The position numbers and the translations under genes are program-made. Below, piece after piece: positions 1 to 8,941 of a stretch of DNA of 32,000 bases. Source of the DNA: Ktedonobacterales bacterium (GTDB lineage Bacteria > Chloroflexota > Ktedonobacteria > Ktedonobacterales > JADMIN01). Under the pieces are notes generated by a model. That model had not been told where the DNA came from. It made no database searches and was given only the letters and a program-made list of their open reading frames with translations. The stretch is taken from positions 630,001 through 662,000 of the forward strand of contig CP126532.1 of assembly GCA_030167145.1 (NCBI GenBank), in the 5' to 3' direction. Numbering within the stretch: position 1 is the stretch's first letter; every line of letters begins with the position of its first letter.

Positions 1-402
1 CATCATCCGCAGGATGATGACCAATACCTGCTGCACCTGATTAGTATCATTGGTGGTACGGGTGATGAGTGATGCGGTACTGACGGTATCGAACTCGTGA
101 AGTGAGAAGCTTTCGACGTGCGCGAAGAGCTTGCCACGGACGATTCTGCCGAAGCCGACGGCGATACGCGAGGAGAAGAAGGTCGCCACGACCGCGCAGG
201 CGGTGCCACCCAGCGTCACCAGCAACATCAGGCCGCCGGTATGCAGGATGTAGCTAGTATCGCCGTTGACGATGCCAGTGTCTACGATCTTTGCCAGCAG
301 TGTCGGCAGATACAGGTCCGAAAGGGACTGCAAGAAGACCAAGGCAAACACGAGCGCAATCGGGAAGCGATAGGGCCTGAGGAATCGGAAGAGTCTGATC
401 AT
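1..402 (-). CDS. ABC exporter (type-1, MsbA/MdlB-like) permease/ATPase, N-terminal part only; the 3' end lies beyond the left window edge
   Basis: Absent from the ORF track because it runs off the window. My reverse-strand translation from ATG 402..400 reads MIRLFRFLRPYRFPIALVFALVFLQSLSDLYLPTLLAKIVDTGIVNGD...FDTVSTASLITRTTNDTNQVQQVL, typical of the first TM helices of ABC_membrane exporters. Its start overlaps the MarR stop (ATGA at 399..402). Confidence 0.8.
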   Translation of the reverse strand, partial: MIRLFRFLRPYRFPIALVFALVFLQSLSDLYLPTLLAKIVDTGIVNGDTSYILHTGGLMLLVTLGGTACAVVATFFSSRIAVGFGRIVRGKLFAHVESFSLHEFDTVSTASLITRTTNDTNQVQQVLVIILRMM

Positions 403-908
403 GCGTTGTGGTCTCCGTGATCTCCGCTCAAGTGTGTGGAGTGCATTGGGGGCGCTTTCTCGTTGTAGTAGCGCAGCACCTTGGTAAGCAGTTCGGCGAG
501 CTGGTCGCTCTGTTCTTCGCCGAGATATTCGACCAGCCCTTGAAATGAGGCGTCAAAGGCATCGGCGGCTTGTTGAACGACTGCAAGGCCGCTATCAGTC
601 AGCGTGACACTGATCGCTCTCCGGTCAGTCGGGTCCATGTGTCGCTCGACGAGCATGCGGCTCTCCAGGCTGTTGAGGAGTTGCGTGACGGCCGGTGAGG
701 TCACGTGGAGCAGCTTGCTCAGATCAGAGACCTTCATGATGTGGCGTCCCGCTCGCCTGCCTCTGCGAATAAGAAAGAGCAGACGGACCTCGCTGAGGGT
801 GCAGCCAGCGATGGACTGCTCGTGCCATGCGCCGCGCTTGAGTTGGGTGAATGCCTGCCAGAGTTTCCGTGCGGTTGGGTTGGATTGCAAGTCGGCTGGT
901 TCATCCAT
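399..908 (-). CDS. MarR-family transcriptional regulator
   Basis: 169-aa ORF with a winged-HTH core: MKVSDLSKLLHVTSPAVTQLLNSLESRMLVERHMDPTDRRAISVTLTDSG (the D-x-R wing signature of the MarR family). It is translationally coupled to the downstream ABC exporter. Confidence 0.9.
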   Translation of the reverse strand: MDEPADLQSNPTARKLWQAFTQLKRGAWHEQSIAGCTLSEVRLLFLIRRGRRAGRHIMKVSDLSKLLHVTSPAVTQLLNSLESRMLVERHMDPTDRRAISVTLTDSGLAVVQQAADAFDASFQGLVEYLGEEQSDQLAELLTKVLRYYNEKAPPMHSTHLSGDHGDHNA

Positions 909-954
909 GGGACAATCTCCTATCCTCGAACGTGTGGGGTCGAGGCGGGTAACG

Positions 955-987
955 ATAAGTATCTAATTTAGTAAGTAAAGTACTTAT
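955..987. promoter_or_regulatory. Inverted repeat ATAAGTA-N19-TACTTAT in the AT-rich divergent intergenic region; candidate MarR operator or promoter region
   Basis: ATAAGTA at 955..961 and its exact reverse complement TACTTAT at 981..987. This is the only strongly AT-rich stretch in an otherwise GC-rich neighbourhood, and it sits about 50 bp upstream of the MarR start. Confidence 0.3.
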
Positions 988-1162
988 AAAGCACGTGAGG
1001 AGGAGATGTCAAGTGAGAAGATAGAGCGGCAGGACTATGCACAATACTGTATAATACGGCGGCACATGTTCTTCGGAAGAAGGTTCGTTAGGAAGAAGCA
1101 AGCATCTGCCTGAGGTATGCGGTTCAGGCGCGAAGCCAGCCGCCAGCAGTCGGAAGTGGGGG

Positions 1163-1993
1163 ATGCAAGTGAAATCCGGGCAGCATGAGGAGACGCGAGG
1201 AGCGGTTCTGATGTCTGTACGTACTCCCGACAAGAGTTCTTCCGATCTACCCTCCGGCGAAGAGCCGAAACCTGGCGATGGGATAGAGATTCCCCCGCGA
1301 GCGCCGACCCTTGCGCGCCTCAGTCGGCTGCGGCGGAGAACCCCACTTGCTGTGGTGGGGGGCGCGCTGCTCCTGGCGCTGGCATTGGTGTTGCCACTCG
1401 CCGATTCCGGACGAACGACTACCACGCGGCAAGCTAGGGCAGAGAGCACGCCGACCGCGACACTCGCGCCAACGCCGACCGCGACGGTAGTGCCGACCCC
1501 GACGCCCATGCCAGGATTCCAGGTGTATATAGATCGCTCAGAGGAGTTCGTGATCCAGTATCCTGAGACATGGACGTCTTCTCCCGCCAGTCCTGGCATC
1601 GAATTCGATGATAATCCCAATACGCTTGGCTATATCGTGCAAGTGTTGCTGCCAGGAGACGCCACAACGGCCGGGCAAACGTCTGATCCCGACGATGCGA
1701 CGGTGTGGGTGCGGTATGAGCTGAATACGCTGGCGAGTAAGTGGCAGGGAAATTATCAGGAACTGACGGGGCCATCGCCAGCGGCATATTTCGGCGGCGC
1801 GACATGGCAAACCGGGGTCGCGCTGCTCTCGGTGAATGGCACATCAGTTCGCGTGCAGATTTACGCGACGGTGTACCAGGGTAAGCCCTACATCATTAAT
1901 CTGCTGGCGACTCAGGAGAAGTTTGCAACCGGGGTGGCGATCTACTTTACGCCGATGTTGCAGAGTTTCCAGTTCTTGCCCTCAAACGCCTGA
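1163..1993 (+). CDS. Membrane-anchored protein with a Thr/Pro linker and a PsbP/DcrB-like C-terminal domain (family tentative)
   Basis: 276-aa ORF with an SD-like GGAAGTGGGGG before the ATG. It has one hydrophobic helix (LAVVGGALLLALALVLPLA), a linker TPTATLAPTPTATVVPTPTPMP, then a beta-rich domain beginning FQVYIDRSEEFVIQYPETW. Confidence 0.7.
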   Translation: MQVKSGQHEETRGAVLMSVRTPDKSSSDLPSGEEPKPGDGIEIPPRAPTLARLSRLRRRTPLAVVGGALLLALALVLPLADSGRTTTTRQARAESTPTATLAPTPTATVVPTPTPMPGFQVYIDRSEEFVIQYPETWTSSPASPGIEFDDNPNTLGYIVQVLLPGDATTAGQTSDPDDATVWVRYELNTLASKWQGNYQELTGPSPAAYFGGATWQTGVALLSVNGTSVRVQIYATVYQGKPYIINLLATQEKFATGVAIYFTPMLQSFQFLPSNA

Positions 1994-2019
1994 CACCCTG
2001 CTGAAGAAAGTGAGCACGC

Positions 2020-3639
2020 ATGCGACTTCGTCCTGAAGAGCGCACCGCCGAATTGGGCGCTGACACGGAAGCACTGGCAGAGCGCCCTAGCTCGCTCTTC
2101 GCGGATGTCGCGCAGGTACGCCTGCTCACACTCGTATTCGTGGCGGGTGTGTCCTCGCTCTCGCTGGAGATGTGCGCGCCGCGCCTGCTGGGTCCATACT
2201 TCGGCACCTCGCTCTTCGTCTGGGCGAATATTATAGGCTTCTTTCTGGCGTATCTGGCGCTCGGCTATTTCCTTGGCGGGCGCGTCGCGGATCGGCATCC
2301 AAGTCCACAACTGCTCAGCGCGCTGACGGCTGTCGCGGCGCTGGCGACGGGGATAATCCCATTCATCAGCCGCCCAGTGCTGGAGTGGTCGGTGAGCGGG
2401 ATGGACACCGATAACGCGAGCGTGTTCTATAGCTCGATGGTGGCGGTAATTCTGCTCTTCGCGATTCCGGTCACACTGCTGGGGTTCGTCTCACCATTCG
2501 CGGTGCGGCTGAGCGTGCGGCGGGTCGGCGCGGCGGGCCGCAAAGCGGGTAGCCTCTATGCGCTCTCGACGGCGGGCAGCATCCTGGGCGCGTTCCTGCC
2601 GGTGCTGGTGTTGATCCCCTGGTTGGGTGTACGGCGCACCTTGATCGCGACGGCGGTGGCACTGCTGTTGGTGTCACTATGGGGGATGCCGTGGCGTCTG
2701 CGCATACCGGCAAGCGTGCCAGTGGCGCTGCTGGCGCTGCCGTTGCTGCTGCCACAGATCGCGCCTCTGGGGGCGCTGAAGCCACAGCCAGGTCTCATCT
2801 TTGAACAAGAGTCGTTCTACAATTACATTCAGGTGGTGCGCGAGCAAGATGGCACGACAGAATTGGTGCTGAACGAAGGACACGCGATTCACTCGGTCTA
2901 TAACCCACAGCAGATCTTGACGGGCTGGTATTGGGATTACTTTTTGGCAGCGCCATATTTCAATGCTGGCCCGGCGGCAGGACAGGTACATCGCGTGGCA
3001 ATCATCGGACTGGCGGCGGGCACCATCGCGCGGCAGTTCACGGATGTGTACGGGCCAATACCAATTGACGGCGTAGAGATTGATCCTGATATTGTTGCCG
3101 CTGGACGCAAATATTTCGCGATGACGGAGCCAAATCTGAAGGTGCATGTCGCGGATGGGCGCACATTCATGCGGGTGACGCATGAAACGTATGATGTGGT
3201 CGCGATAGACGCTTTTCAACAGCCCTATATACCCTTCCAACTGACGACTAAAGAGTTCTTTGAAGAGATTCGCGCGCATCTCTCGCCAAATGGCGTCGTA
3301 TGCCTGAATACAGGTCACACTCGTACCGATTACCGTCTAGTGCAGGCGTTTGTGAATACACTGAGCCAGGTGTTTCCGAGTGTCTACACGTTCAATGTGC
3401 CGAACACGTTCAATACCGAGGTAATGGCGACGAATAGCCCCACCTCGCTCGACACATTCCGGGCGAATCTGCAACAAGCGCCGCCCGATTCATTGATGAG
3501 CACTGTGGCGGGCGAGGTGTTGCCCGTGGCGGCGGTGGGGCATCCTGAGCGTGACGGCATCGTCTTCACAGATGATCGCGCGCCTATCGAACAGATCACC
3601 GATCAGCTTTTGCTGAACTATATCCAACAGGGTGGCTAA
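2020..3639 (+). CDS. Spermidine-synthase-like (polyamine aminopropyltransferase family) protein fused to an N-terminal polytopic membrane domain
   Basis: 539 aa. The N-terminal ~250 aa contain multiple hydrophobic helices. The C-terminal half carries a class-I MTase/SpeE-like core: VAIIGLAAGTIARQF...IDGVEIDPDIVAAGRKYF...VADGRTFM...YDVVAIDAF. Confidence 0.85.
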   Translation: MRLRPEERTAELGADTEALAERPSSLFADVAQVRLLTLVFVAGVSSLSLEMCAPRLLGPYFGTSLFVWANIIGFFLAYLALGYFLGGRVADRHPSPQLLSALTAVAALATGIIPFISRPVLEWSVSGMDTDNASVFYSSMVAVILLFAIPVTLLGFVSPFAVRLSVRRVGAAGRKAGSLYALSTAGSILGAFLPVLVLIPWLGVRRTLIATAVALLLVSLWGMPWRLRIPASVPVALLALPLLLPQIAPLGALKPQPGLIFEQESFYNYIQVVREQDGTTELVLNEGHAIHSVYNPQQILTGWYWDYFLAAPYFNAGPAAGQVHRVAIIGLAAGTIARQFTDVYGPIPIDGVEIDPDIVAAGRKYFAMTEPNLKVHVADGRTFMRVTHETYDVVAIDAFQQPYIPFQLTTKEFFEEIRAHLSPNGVVCLNTGHTRTDYRLVQAFVNTLSQVFPSVYTFNVPNTFNTEVMATNSPTSLDTFRANLQQAPPDSLMSTVAGEVLPVAAVGHPERDGIVFTDDRAPIEQITDQLLLNYIQQGG

Positions 3640-3661
3640 GGAACAAAAGGAGAGGCACGAT

Positions 3662-4948
3662 ATGAGCGTGATGGCTGTGGTTGGCGCGCAATGGGGCGAC
3701 GAAGGCAAAGGGAAACTGATTGACGAGTTGTCCGCGCGAGCTGACTATGTTGTGCGCTATCAGGGGGGTGGCAATGCTGGTCACCGCGTCGTGTATGGCG
3801 ACACAGAGTTCGCGTTTCACCTGGTGCCAGCGGGTATCTTGCATCCCAACGTCGCATGCGTGATCGGCAATGGCGTGGTGGTGGATCCACGCGGGCTGCT
3901 GGCGGAGATGGAGAGCCTGGGCCAGCTTGGCGTAGATATGAGCAAGCTCTATATCAGCGAGCGGGCGCACGTGGTGATGCCGTATCATGCGGTGCTGGAC
4001 CGGCTGGAGGAAGAGAGCCGGGGTGTAGAGAAAATCGGAACGGTGCTGCGTGGCATCGGGCCAGCATATGTGGACAAATACTCGCGTGTAGGCATCCGTA
4101 TGGCTGACCTGCTGGATGTGGATCAGTTCCGCGCGAAGCTGGCGACGGTGCTGGCGCAGAAGAACCGCATGATTACACAGATCTACAATCAGCAGCCGCT
4201 GTCTCTTGAAGAGATCCACACCGAGTATGTGGGATATGCCCAACGGCTGCGCCCCTATATCACCGATACGGAGGCGCGGCTGCACAAGGCAATGACGAGC
4301 GGCGCTTCGATCCTGCTGGAGGGGGCGCAGGGCGCGCTACTTGATGTGGACTTTGGCACCTACCCATTCGTCACCTCCTCCTCGACGGTAGCGGGTAACG
4401 CTTCGACTGGTGCCGGACTGCCACCGCGCAGCATCCAGCATGTGCTCGGTGTCTACAAGGCCTATATCACCCGTGTAGGCAGCGGACCTATGCCGACGGA
4501 ACTATTCGAGGGCGAGGGTAAGGCGCTCCGCGACGCGGGGCACGAGTATGGCACCACGACTGGACGCGCGCGTCGCTGTGGCTGGTTTGATGCGGTGGTA
4601 GGGCGCTTTGTGGCGCGGCTCAATGGGTTCGACAGTGTGGCGATCATGAAGCTGGATGTGCTGGATGGTTTCTCGACGGTGAAGATCTGCACATCCTACA
4701 AGCTGGGTGACCGCGAGTTGACGACGCCGCCCGCCAACACCAGCGAACTGGCGGCATGCGAGCCAGTGTACGAGGAGTGGCCGGGCTGGATGACCTCGAC
4801 GGTGGGTGTGACCCGATGGGAGGATCTGCCCGCGAAGGCACAGCGCTATCTGCAACGAGTCGAAGAATTGCTTGAGACGCCACTCGCGCTGATCTCGACG
4901 GGACCGGGGCGAGGCGAAACGATTCACCGGCGCGAGCTAGCTCTTTAG
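3662..4948 (+). CDS. purA: Adenylosuccinate synthetase
   Basis: Contains the P-loop-like QWGDEGKGK, then GGGNAGH, GIGPAY and GTTTGRARRCGWFD motifs over a full-length PurA-sized protein. I place the start at ATG 3662 (RBS AAGGAGAGG at 3647..3655, 6-nt spacer) rather than the track start at 3632, which would overlap the upstream gene. Confidence 0.95.
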   Translation: MSVMAVVGAQWGDEGKGKLIDELSARADYVVRYQGGGNAGHRVVYGDTEFAFHLVPAGILHPNVACVIGNGVVVDPRGLLAEMESLGQLGVDMSKLYISERAHVVMPYHAVLDRLEEESRGVEKIGTVLRGIGPAYVDKYSRVGIRMADLLDVDQFRAKLATVLAQKNRMITQIYNQQPLSLEEIHTEYVGYAQRLRPYITDTEARLHKAMTSGASILLEGAQGALLDVDFGTYPFVTSSSTVAGNASTGAGLPPRSIQHVLGVYKAYITRVGSGPMPTELFEGEGKALRDAGHEYGTTTGRARRCGWFDAVVGRFVARLNGFDSVAIMKLDVLDGFSTVKICTSYKLGDRELTTPPANTSELAACEPVYEEWPGWMTSTVGVTRWEDLPAKAQRYLQRVEELLETPLALISTGPGRGETIHRRELAL

Positions 4949-5920
4949 ATGGTTACGCTGGAAGCAACGACTGGCAACAAGCGCGCAGATAGCGCATTGC
5001 GCGGGCTAATCGGTATCTATGAGGTTGCGTTTCCTGGGCGAATACACGGCTGCTACGTAGAAGGTAGCCATGCCGATGGAACGGGTCTGGATACGAGCGA
5101 TCTGGATCTTGAACTGGTCTTCAAAGAGCGATTCGCCTCTGATGTGGAGTGTGAGGCCGCAAATCGCCTTGGTAGTGCTTGCGCTGACTTGAGTTGTGTC
5201 GAACTGGATGTCAGTGTAGTAGATGAGGCAGGCCTGGCTGGGGGTGCGCACCCGCTCTTCAAGCTGGCAAGTGTGCTCGTCTACGGTGAGGACATACGCG
5301 ACCGCGTACCGCTGATTTCCATTGAGGCATGGACACGGAATCGCATGCACGCTGCATACTGGCTGATGAATGTGGTGCTGGGGCGTCCAGCGCCGGTGCG
5401 CCGTCCGTTGATGTATCCCGATCCCGAGGATGAGTTTCGCGGGTATGTCCAGCGTATGGTACGATTGCCAGATGGCCGCGAGGCCCGTTCGACGCGCGAC
5501 CTGATCCGCACGACAGGATGGGCGGCAACGGCGCTGATCGCGCTACGAGCACGGCAGTATGTTGCCCGCAAGCGCGATTGCCACCAGTTGTACCGGCGAT
5601 ATATTGGCGGCGAGCATGCAGATCTTCTCGAAGACATCTATATTTACTGCCGCCAGCACTGGCTCTATCTCGTCCCTGATGCGAGAGCCGAACGTGAACA
5701 ATTGCTCGCGATTTGCGAACGAGCGCTCGCCTTTGAGAACGACTTTCTGAACACATATCACACTTATGCACTGGCAGAATTACGAAGCACGGAGGAGGCT
5801 GCCAGAAACGCAGCATGCACGATGCTCGGACGACTGCCGTTCGATGACGCTGAGGTGATGGAGGAGGTACGGCGTGCAGCAGGGGTGGGAACGGCGGCAT
5901 CCACAGTTGATGCTGGATAA
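4949..5920 (+). CDS. Pol-beta-fold nucleotidyltransferase, AadA/ANT-like, with a helical C-terminal domain
   Basis: 323 aa. NTase signature EGSHADGTGLDTSDLDLELVF (G-S-x10-D-x-D) plus a third acidic strand VELDVSVV. The C-terminal helical region resembles the DUF4111-type domain of aminoglycoside adenylyltransferases. The ATG directly abuts the purA stop codon. Confidence 0.75.
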   Translation: MVTLEATTGNKRADSALRGLIGIYEVAFPGRIHGCYVEGSHADGTGLDTSDLDLELVFKERFASDVECEAANRLGSACADLSCVELDVSVVDEAGLAGGAHPLFKLASVLVYGEDIRDRVPLISIEAWTRNRMHAAYWLMNVVLGRPAPVRRPLMYPDPEDEFRGYVQRMVRLPDGREARSTRDLIRTTGWAATALIALRARQYVARKRDCHQLYRRYIGGEHADLLEDIYIYCRQHWLYLVPDARAEREQLLAICERALAFENDFLNTYHTYALAELRSTEEAARNAACTMLGRLPFDDAEVMEEVRRAAGVGTAASTVDAG

Positions 5921-6860
5921 CGCGACGCTGGTCGAAATGCTCGCGCCGGTGTTTCCGGGCAAGGCGATTGCTACTGCGGAGGCGCTGAGCGGCGGGCTGG
6001 CGAATACGAACTACAAGGTCACATTGGCCGGGCGCAATGAGCCAGTGGTCGTGCGTATCTACACTCGTGAACCAGAGGCGTGTCAGAAGGAACTGGACAT
6101 CTATCACCTCGTCCATGAGCGCGTGCGTATGGCGGAGGTACTGTATGCGGATGTGGAGGGGAGAATTGGCGGGCGCCCGTATATGGTCACCGGCTGGGTA
6201 GATGGAGTGAAACTGGATGCGCTGTTGGAGAATGGAAGCGGCATCGAAACGCGAAGCGTGGGCAACGCGGTAGGGGAGACGCTAGCGGCGATTGCATCGT
6301 TTCACTTCCCACAGGCAGGATTCTTCGGGCCAGAGTTGCGCATCGCCGTGCCATTCGATGGCGTGCGCGCATCCTGGCAAGGCTATGTGGAAGGGATGCT
6401 GTCGGAAACGCTGGTGCAAGAACGATTGGGCAAGGAGCTTGCCCTACGGCTGCAAAGGCTGATTCGCAAACATGCTGCGCTGCTCGACTCAGCGGAGGGG
6501 CGTGTCTCGCTGGTGCATGGTGACTACAAGGCGCAGAATCTGCTGTTGCGGCGTACTGGCGAGGCATGGGAGATGGCTGCGGCGCTGGATTGGGAGTTCG
6601 CTACGGCGGAGACGATCCTCTACGATCTGGCTATTTTGCTGCGCTATCGCGCGACCTTATCACCAGAGTTTGAGGCGGGCGTTGTAGAAGGCTTCTGTGG
6701 CAACGGCGGTTATCTGCCCATGGAGTGGTCGAACATCACGCGACTATTGGATCTGGTGAACCTGCTGACGTTCCTGAACATGCCGGAGCGTGGTGGCGCG
6801 ATGGTGGACGACGTGACACGGCTGGTCCGCGCGACAGTTGCGGATTTTGTGACGGCATAA
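5910..6860 (+). CDS. Aminoglycoside/choline-kinase-family phosphotransferase (APH fold)
   Basis: Catalytic loop VSLVHGDYKAQNLLL (H-x-D-x4-N) and the metal-binding LDWEFA motif. The start is either ATG 5910 (11-nt overlap with the upstream NTase) or the track start 5874. Confidence 0.85.
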   Translation: MLDNATLVEMLAPVFPGKAIATAEALSGGLANTNYKVTLAGRNEPVVVRIYTREPEACQKELDIYHLVHERVRMAEVLYADVEGRIGGRPYMVTGWVDGVKLDALLENGSGIETRSVGNAVGETLAAIASFHFPQAGFFGPELRIAVPFDGVRASWQGYVEGMLSETLVQERLGKELALRLQRLIRKHAALLDSAEGRVSLVHGDYKAQNLLLRRTGEAWEMAAALDWEFATAETILYDLAILLRYRATLSPEFEAGVVEGFCGNGGYLPMEWSNITRLLDLVNLLTFLNMPERGGAMVDDVTRLVRATVADFVTA

Positions 6861-7092
6861 ACACCTGTTAACCGATGCGCGGGCTGCCCTCGTGATCTCG
6901 GGGCCGCGCGGCAGCCGCAGATGATAGCGCCAAATCGAGGGCATCAGGATGATGAAGGAAGAGCACGTCTTGACAGGGTAGCATACGCTGAAACTGGCTG
7001 AGGTAGGGTTGATTCATGTGTCGGGTGAAGCTGCCTACGTGCCCACCTACTGATAGAGCAATATCGCACCCGGCATTGCACAGTGGAGGATC

Positions 7093-8007
7093 ATGACATC
7101 AATGGCATGGTTATGGGGGCGGGGGAAACGTCATCAAGTGGGACAAATCGAAGCAGCAGGCGATGGCCGACGATTCCTCTGGCTAGGCGAGCGCCGACAT
7201 GTGGCAGATGCCCCGTATGTGCTGCCTAGTGACGATCAGGAAATCAACCGTCTTGACTTCCAGCACTATATGTTGCGCTATGCGCTGCGCAGGAACTTTG
7301 CCGCACCACTGAACCGCCCAGCCAGCATTCTGGATATCGGAAGTGGAACAGGTCGCTGGGCTATGGAAATGGCGCAATTGTTTCCAAATACGAATGTAAT
7401 CGGGACGGATCTGGTAGAGCCAAAGGCAGACAACCTGAGCAACGGGATTGGCAAGCGCCCTGACAACTACACCTTTGTGCAAGGGAATATTCTTGAGGGA
7501 TTGCCGTTCGCCGATGGAACCTTCGACTTCGTGCATATGCGATTGCTGCTCTTTGCCATCGCGAAAGAGACGTGGCCAGCGGTAGCCCGCGAGTTGGTGC
7601 GGGTGACGCGACCGGGCGGTCTGGTGGAATCAGTGGAAACCGGACCACAACGAGACGGCGGCCCGGCCATGGATACACTCGTGCAGTGGATTACTGAAGC
7701 GAGTGCGCGCCGTGGAGTAGATCCGCTGCTCGGCCCCCATGTTGCGGGATTCCTGGAGAACGCTGGATTGAAGAATGTAGTCAAACGCGAGGTCTTGCTG
7801 CCGGTGGGTACATATGGTGGTCGCTTGGGCAATATGGCAGCGGCGGACGTGTTTGGCGTGATGACGGGTGTGAAGCAGTTGGTGGTGGCACAGGGCATCG
7901 CTGAAGCGCCAGCGTATGATGCAGCGCTGGCCCAGGTGCGGATTGATCTGGATCGTATGCGATGTACTCTGCCGTTCTATATTGCGCATGGGCAAAAGCC
8001 GAAATAG
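7093..8007 (+). CDS. Class I SAM-dependent methyltransferase (LaeA/Methyltransf_23-like)
   Basis: Motif I ILDIGSGTGRWAMEM, preceded by the EINRLDFQH motif typical of this subfamily. GGAGGA lies at 7085..7090; the alternative start is ATG 7102. Confidence 0.85.
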   Translation: MTSMAWLWGRGKRHQVGQIEAAGDGRRFLWLGERRHVADAPYVLPSDDQEINRLDFQHYMLRYALRRNFAAPLNRPASILDIGSGTGRWAMEMAQLFPNTNVIGTDLVEPKADNLSNGIGKRPDNYTFVQGNILEGLPFADGTFDFVHMRLLLFAIAKETWPAVARELVRVTRPGGLVESVETGPQRDGGPAMDTLVQWITEASARRGVDPLLGPHVAGFLENAGLKNVVKREVLLPVGTYGGRLGNMAAADVFGVMTGVKQLVVAQGIAEAPAYDAALAQVRIDLDRMRCTLPFYIAHGQKPK

Positions 8008-8112
8008 CCAAAGTCACGGCGTGATACGATAGAGGCGAATGGCGCGCATCGCGCCAAATATTGTCGGGGTTCGGGGTCTAGTTGGGCAGTGCTGCCCAGG
8101 AGGACGAACGCG

Positions 8113-8832
8113 GTGGATCTCTATGGCATTCAGATCACGTGGCTTGGCCACGGGACATTCAAGCTCCGCACGGCGGAAGGCAAATCACTGCTGATTGATC
8201 CGTGGGTGATGGGCAACCCCGCTTGTCCCGAAGATCAGAAGCGAGTGGGAAAGCTCGATCTGATGCTGGTAACGCATGGCCACTACGATCACATTGGCGA
8301 TGTGCTGCAAGTGGCGAAGGAAGCTCAGCCCGATCAGACCATAGCCGTCTTCGAGTTGGCAGCATGGCTCGAAAACAAGGGTGTCGAGAACACCGTTGGC
8401 ATGAACAAGGGCGGTACGCTTGATCTTGGTTGGGTCAAGGTAACGATGGTGCATGCGGACCATAGCTGCGGCATTCTGGATGGGGATGAGATTGTGTATG
8501 GTGGCGAGGCCGTAGGCTTTGTTCTCGCTTTCGCGAGCGGGCTACGCCTGTATGCCGCGGGCGACACCAATGTGTTTGGCGATATGCGCCTTATTAGCCA
8601 GCTCTACCAGCCGGAGATTGCCATCTTGCCCATCGGCGACCTCTATACCATGGGGCCACGCGAAGCCGCATTCGCCGCCCAGATGCTGTATGTTTCCGGC
8701 ATTATCCCGGCCCACTACGGGACATTCCCCGCGCTCACTGGTACGCCAGATGCGTTGCGCGTTCAACTCGCTGAATTGGGGCAAAGTCGCGTGGAGGTTG
8801 CGCAACTCGCCCCAGGGCAAACGCTTTCTTGA
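8113..8832 (+). CDS. UPF0173-type metal-dependent hydrolase (metallo-beta-lactamase fold)
   Basis: ITWLGHGTFKL...LIDPW...DLMLVTHGHYDHIGD is a family signature. I prefer GTG 8113 (AGGAGGA at 8098..8104, 8-nt spacer) over the track start 8089. Confidence 0.85.
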   Translation: MDLYGIQITWLGHGTFKLRTAEGKSLLIDPWVMGNPACPEDQKRVGKLDLMLVTHGHYDHIGDVLQVAKEAQPDQTIAVFELAAWLENKGVENTVGMNKGGTLDLGWVKVTMVHADHSCGILDGDEIVYGGEAVGFVLAFASGLRLYAAGDTNVFGDMRLISQLYQPEIAILPIGDLYTMGPREAAFAAQMLYVSGIIPAHYGTFPALTGTPDALRVQLAELGQSRVEVAQLAPGQTLS

Positions 8833-8941
8833 GCACGAGCGAGCAGCACGTGTTGAAGCACTTGGCTCGCTCGCCGCTTTACGCTTACTCGGTTAGCTGG
8901 ATCAGCCAGCAGGTCGTCGTGCCCGTTGACTGCCGTTCGAC

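Noticed and set aside
1006-1113. 35-aa ORF (MSSEKIERQDYAQYCIIRRHMFFGRRFVRKKQASA) right after a GAGGAGGAG stretch in the MarR divergent region
   Set aside because: It could be a leader peptide, but the SD-like run abuts the ATG too closely. The peptide has no recognisable features, and I cannot assess conservation, so it is not reported as a gene.
1009-1620. 203-aa minus-strand ORF overlapping the 1163..1993 gene
   Set aside because: Its translation is low-complexity and Ser/Arg/Gly/Val-rich with no motifs, typical of an antisense frame in GC-rich DNA. The plus-strand frame has a TM helix, a linker and a folded-domain organisation.
3632-3661. Longer purA start (MAKEQKERHD...), and the idea that this could be a PurZ-like diaminopurine enzyme
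   Set aside because: The ATG at 3662 has a proper RBS and gives the canonical N-terminus next to GDEGKGK. All PurA motifs I can check (GDEGKGK, NAGH, TTGRxRRCGWFD) look like ordinary PurA, and no phage context is present.
3596-4285. 229-aa minus-strand ORF
   Set aside because: It is entirely antisense to purA, whose identity is unambiguous. The antisense translation has no motifs.
4949-5920. Possibility that the NTase is a CBASS-type cGAS/DncV-like cyclase
   Set aside because: The GS...DxD motif is generic to pol-beta NTases. The C-terminal region looks AadA/DUF4111-like, and no CBASS effector (patatin, endonuclease or TM effector) or Cap genes are adjacent.
5259-6116. 285-aa minus-strand ORF
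   Set aside because: It is antisense to the NTase and kinase genes, and its translation is Arg/Ser/His-rich with no motifs.
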